Both the position numbers and the translations under genes were made by a program. The notes beneath the pieces were generated by a model that did no database searches, had not been told where the DNA came from, and saw nothing but the letters and a program-made list of their open reading frames with translations. Shown piece after piece: positions 61,480-64,000 of a DNA stretch of 64,000 nucleotides. This DNA comes from Coleofasciculus sp. B1-GNL1-01. GTDB taxonomy: Bacteria; Cyanobacteriota; Cyanobacteriia; Cyanobacteriales; Coleofasciculaceae. Each line of letters opens with the position of its first letter. The stretch's first letter is position 1. The stretch lies in the NCBI GenBank assembly GCA_040220235.1, contig JAVJTO010000024.1; one strand, 5' to 3'.

Positions 61480-64000
61480 ATGGTGGAACCGGGGACAGCG
61501 TTGAGTAGTGTCGGCACTTTAATCGTTAAAAACTTAGAACTGAAGCAGATTTGGTTGAAACTACAGCAGGAAAAGCTGGAAGAGTACGTTAGTGATTTTT
61601 TCAAAGACTGCATCCCAGAGGGGGTACTATTAGCCTCACCGAATGTCCTCAAAAACGCCTTACTTGAAGCCTTAGCCCAATTCTTGAAACTCATCGAAGA
61701 TGAACTATTAGTTGAATGTGAGTTAACCGGCGCAGAAGTCCGAGACACCTATCAAGTCGCAATTGGGCAGTTTATCCGAGATGACGAAGTGAAACCCATA
61801 TTGGGAAAAGCCTTTGAGAAAAATTGTCGCATCATCGACGCCAATCAATTAAGAAGCATTTGGGTACAGCGCTATTCACCCGATATGCCAACTGGGTTTA
61901 ACTGGGATGGGATTGCCAAGCAATATGTTAAAGACGTGAAACGCCTTGTCCGAACTTCGCCAGAGTTAAGGGAACAGTTAGAATTAGCGATTCAGGAATC
62001 TATTGAACAACAGGTTCGCGAAATAGCAGGAATTACTCCCGATTTTAATTTAACCAACTATCAAAAAGGATTACGGGAACGCTACAGCAATTTAAACCTA
62101 TCCAGTTTAGATACAACAGGCTGCGCCTATAATGAACTGAAACTCTGGCAAGTTTTCATTCCCCAAAATGTGCGACAAGTTCATCAGATAGTCCCCCAAG
62201 TCTATGAACTGCCCAAAGAACATCAACAGCGACTGCGAGAGAGTAATCAACTTGATACAGAGATATCCATCGAAGAGTTAACCGACTATAAACAGGTTTA
62301 TTCTCAACAGCCGATTTGTTCTATCAGAGAAATTATTCAAGATAAAGATAACTATCCCTATCTGGTGATTCTCGGTGATCCGGGTTCCGGTAAGTCTACC
62401 TTGTTGCAATATTTAGCATTAGCTTGGGCAAATTATGCACCCAATGACGCTAGTTTACAGCCGATTCCCCTGCTAATTGAATTACGCACCTATATGCGGA
62501 ATCGCGATGTGGGACAATGTAAGAATTTCCTTGAATTTTTCCATGATAGCAGCGGTATTGTCTGTCATCTAAATCAGCATCAATTGGTGGAACAGTTAAA
62601 AGCCGGAAATGCTTTGGTTATGTTTGATGGCTTGGATGAAGTATTTGATCCGGGAAAACGGGAGGATGTAATTACTGATATTCATCGCTTCACCAATGAC
62701 TATCCTGATGTGCGGGTAATTGTCACCTCTCGCGTGATTGGTTATAAGCCGCAGCGGTTACGAGATGCCCAGTTTTATCACTTTATGTTGCAAGATTTAG
62801 AGGCGGATCAGATTCAGGAATTTATTACCCGTTGGCATGATTTAACCTTTACCGATAAAGCCGATAAACAGAGGAAGCGAGAACGACTGCAACGGGCAAT
62901 TAACACCTCAAAAGCAATTCGCGAACTGGCTGGGAATCCCTTGTTGCTAACCATGATGGCAATATTAAATCGCAATCAGGAATTGCCCAGAGATAGACCG
63001 GAATTATACAACCAAGCGTCGCGGGTATTGCTGCATCAATGGGATGTAGAACGGGCGTTAATAGAACATCAGCAGTTAGAGATTCAAACGATTGATTATA
63101 AAGATAAACAGGCGATGCTGCGTAAGGTAGCTTATCAGATGCAAGCAGCAGAGAAAGGGTTAGCGGGTAATCTGATTGCGGCGGATGAGTTAGAAATAAT
63201 TTTGACGGATTATCTGAAAACTCTCGATATTAATAATCCCAGGGCGGTGGCTAGGGTGATGATTAAGCAACTGCGGGAACGGAATTTTATCTTATGTTTC
63301 ATGGGGGCGGATTATTATGCGTTTGTGCATCGGACATTTTTGGAATATTTCTGCGCCTGGGAGTATGTTTGGCAGTTTGAGAAAGAACGAACAATTTCTC
63401 TGGAGGAGTTGAAAAGCGAGGTTTTTGGCAAGCATTGGCAGGATCAGTCTTGGCATGAAGTGTTACGGCTGATTGTGGGGATGATTGAACCCAAGTTGGC
63501 TGGGGAGATTCTGGATGATTTGAGGAATCAGCCGGGGGAAGAGGAACAGTTTATTAATGTGTTTTTAGCGGCGGATTGTCTTTCTGAGGTGCGGAATCGT
63601 TCGGTTATCGCATCAACGGCGACTCAATTACTGAATCAGATCAAAGGGTTAATCCAGTATGACTTCCCTGATGATTATATACTATATATCAGGGAAGCTA
63701 ATTTAGTTCAGAAAATTCGCACCCAAGCGGTTGCGGCAATTGCGACAACTTGGCATGATTCTCCAGACACCTTACCTTGGTTGAAACAAAAAGCCCAATC
63801 TAATGACGATAAGTATGTGCGATATGCAGCGTTACAAGAATTAGCCAAAGGCTGGAAAGATGACCCAGACACTTTACCGATTCTCAAACAAAAAGCCCTA
63901 TCTGATGACAATGAATATGTGCGACGTGCAGCGTTACAAGAATTAGCCAAAGGTTGGAAAGATGACCCAGACACCTTACCTTGGCTGAAACAAATAGCCC
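61480..64000 (+). CDS. NACHT NTPase with C-terminal HEAT repeats (NLR-like); runs off the right edge
   Basis: Not in the ORF track. Manual translation from ATG 61480 gives Walker A VILGDPGSGKST, Walker B LVMFDGLDE, VTSR, NPLLL, FVHRTFLEYFCA, then 34-aa repeats VRxAALQELAKGWKDDPDTLP. Confidence 0.92.
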   Translation, partial: MVEPGTALSSVGTLIVKNLELKQIWLKLQQEKLEEYVSDFFKDCIPEGVLLASPNVLKNALLEALAQFLKLIEDELLVECELTGAEVRDTYQVAIGQFIRDDEVKPILGKAFEKNCRIIDANQLRSIWVQRYSPDMPTGFNWDGIAKQYVKDVKRLVRTSPELREQLELAIQESIEQQVREIAGITPDFNLTNYQKGLRERYSNLNLSSLDTTGCAYNELKLWQVFIPQNVRQVHQIVPQVYELPKEHQQRLRESNQLDTEISIEELTDYKQVYSQQPICSIREIIQDKDNYPYLVILGDPGSGKSTLLQYLALAWANYAPNDASLQPIPLLIELRTYMRNRDVGQCKNFLEFFHDSSGIVCHLNQHQLVEQLKAGNALVMFDGLDEVFDPGKREDVITDIHRFTNDYPDVRVIVTSRVIGYKPQRLRDAQFYHFMLQDLEADQIQEFITRWHDLTFTDKADKQRKRERLQRAINTSKAIRELAGNPLLLTMMAILNRNQELPRDRPELYNQASRVLLHQWDVERALIEHQQLEIQTIDYKDKQAMLRKVAYQMQAAEKGLAGNLIAADELEIILTDYLKTLDINNPRAVARVMIKQLRERNFILCFMGADYYAFVHRTFLEYFCAWEYVWQFEKERTISLEELKSEVFGKHWQDQSWHEVLRLIVGMIEPKLAGEILDDLRNQPGEEEQFINVFLAADCLSEVRNRSVIASTATQLLNQIKGLIQYDFPDDYILYIREANLVQKIRTQAVAAIATTWHDSPDTLPWLKQKAQSNDDKYVRYAALQELAKGWKDDPDTLPILKQKALSDDNEYVRRAALQELAKGWKDDPDTLPWLKQIA

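Noticed and set aside
1..64000. Frequent GCGATCGC palindromes
   Set aside because: HIP1, a well-known genome-wide feature of cyanobacteria.

Overview
Chromosomal segment of a filamentous cyanobacterium. The HIP1 octamer GCGATCGC is abundant, as are 7- and 9-mer STRR tandem repeats and GTAG-type palindromes; a Coleofasciculus/Oscillatoriales-like origin is an inference from this repeat style. Housekeeping and metabolic genes include an S8 protease (partial), bolA-grxD, infC, gdhA, pepA, slt, an Hsp70-like protein, a LOG-family protein and an MFS transporter. Signalling genes include a 2006-aa LOV-containing hybrid kinase coupled to a REC-GGDEF cyclase, three further kinases, and an MCP-cheA-cheB-cheR-cheW cluster whose CheA has five Hpt domains. 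There is also a CBM2/Calx-beta GH9 glucanase and a partial NACHT-HEAT protein. The most unusual content is a layered set of small mobile DNA: a REP-associated Y1 transposase (RAYT) between two ~172-bp direct-repeat REP cassettes; an IsrB-type OMEGA element whose omega-RNA region contains a REP; MITEs inserted into REP hairpins (one with a 9-bp TSD); REP/STRR units read in frame inside three signalling proteins; and a 101-bp inverted repeat bracketing cheA-cheW. No rRNA, tRNA or CRISPR array was seen. All calls are by eye, with no database searches.
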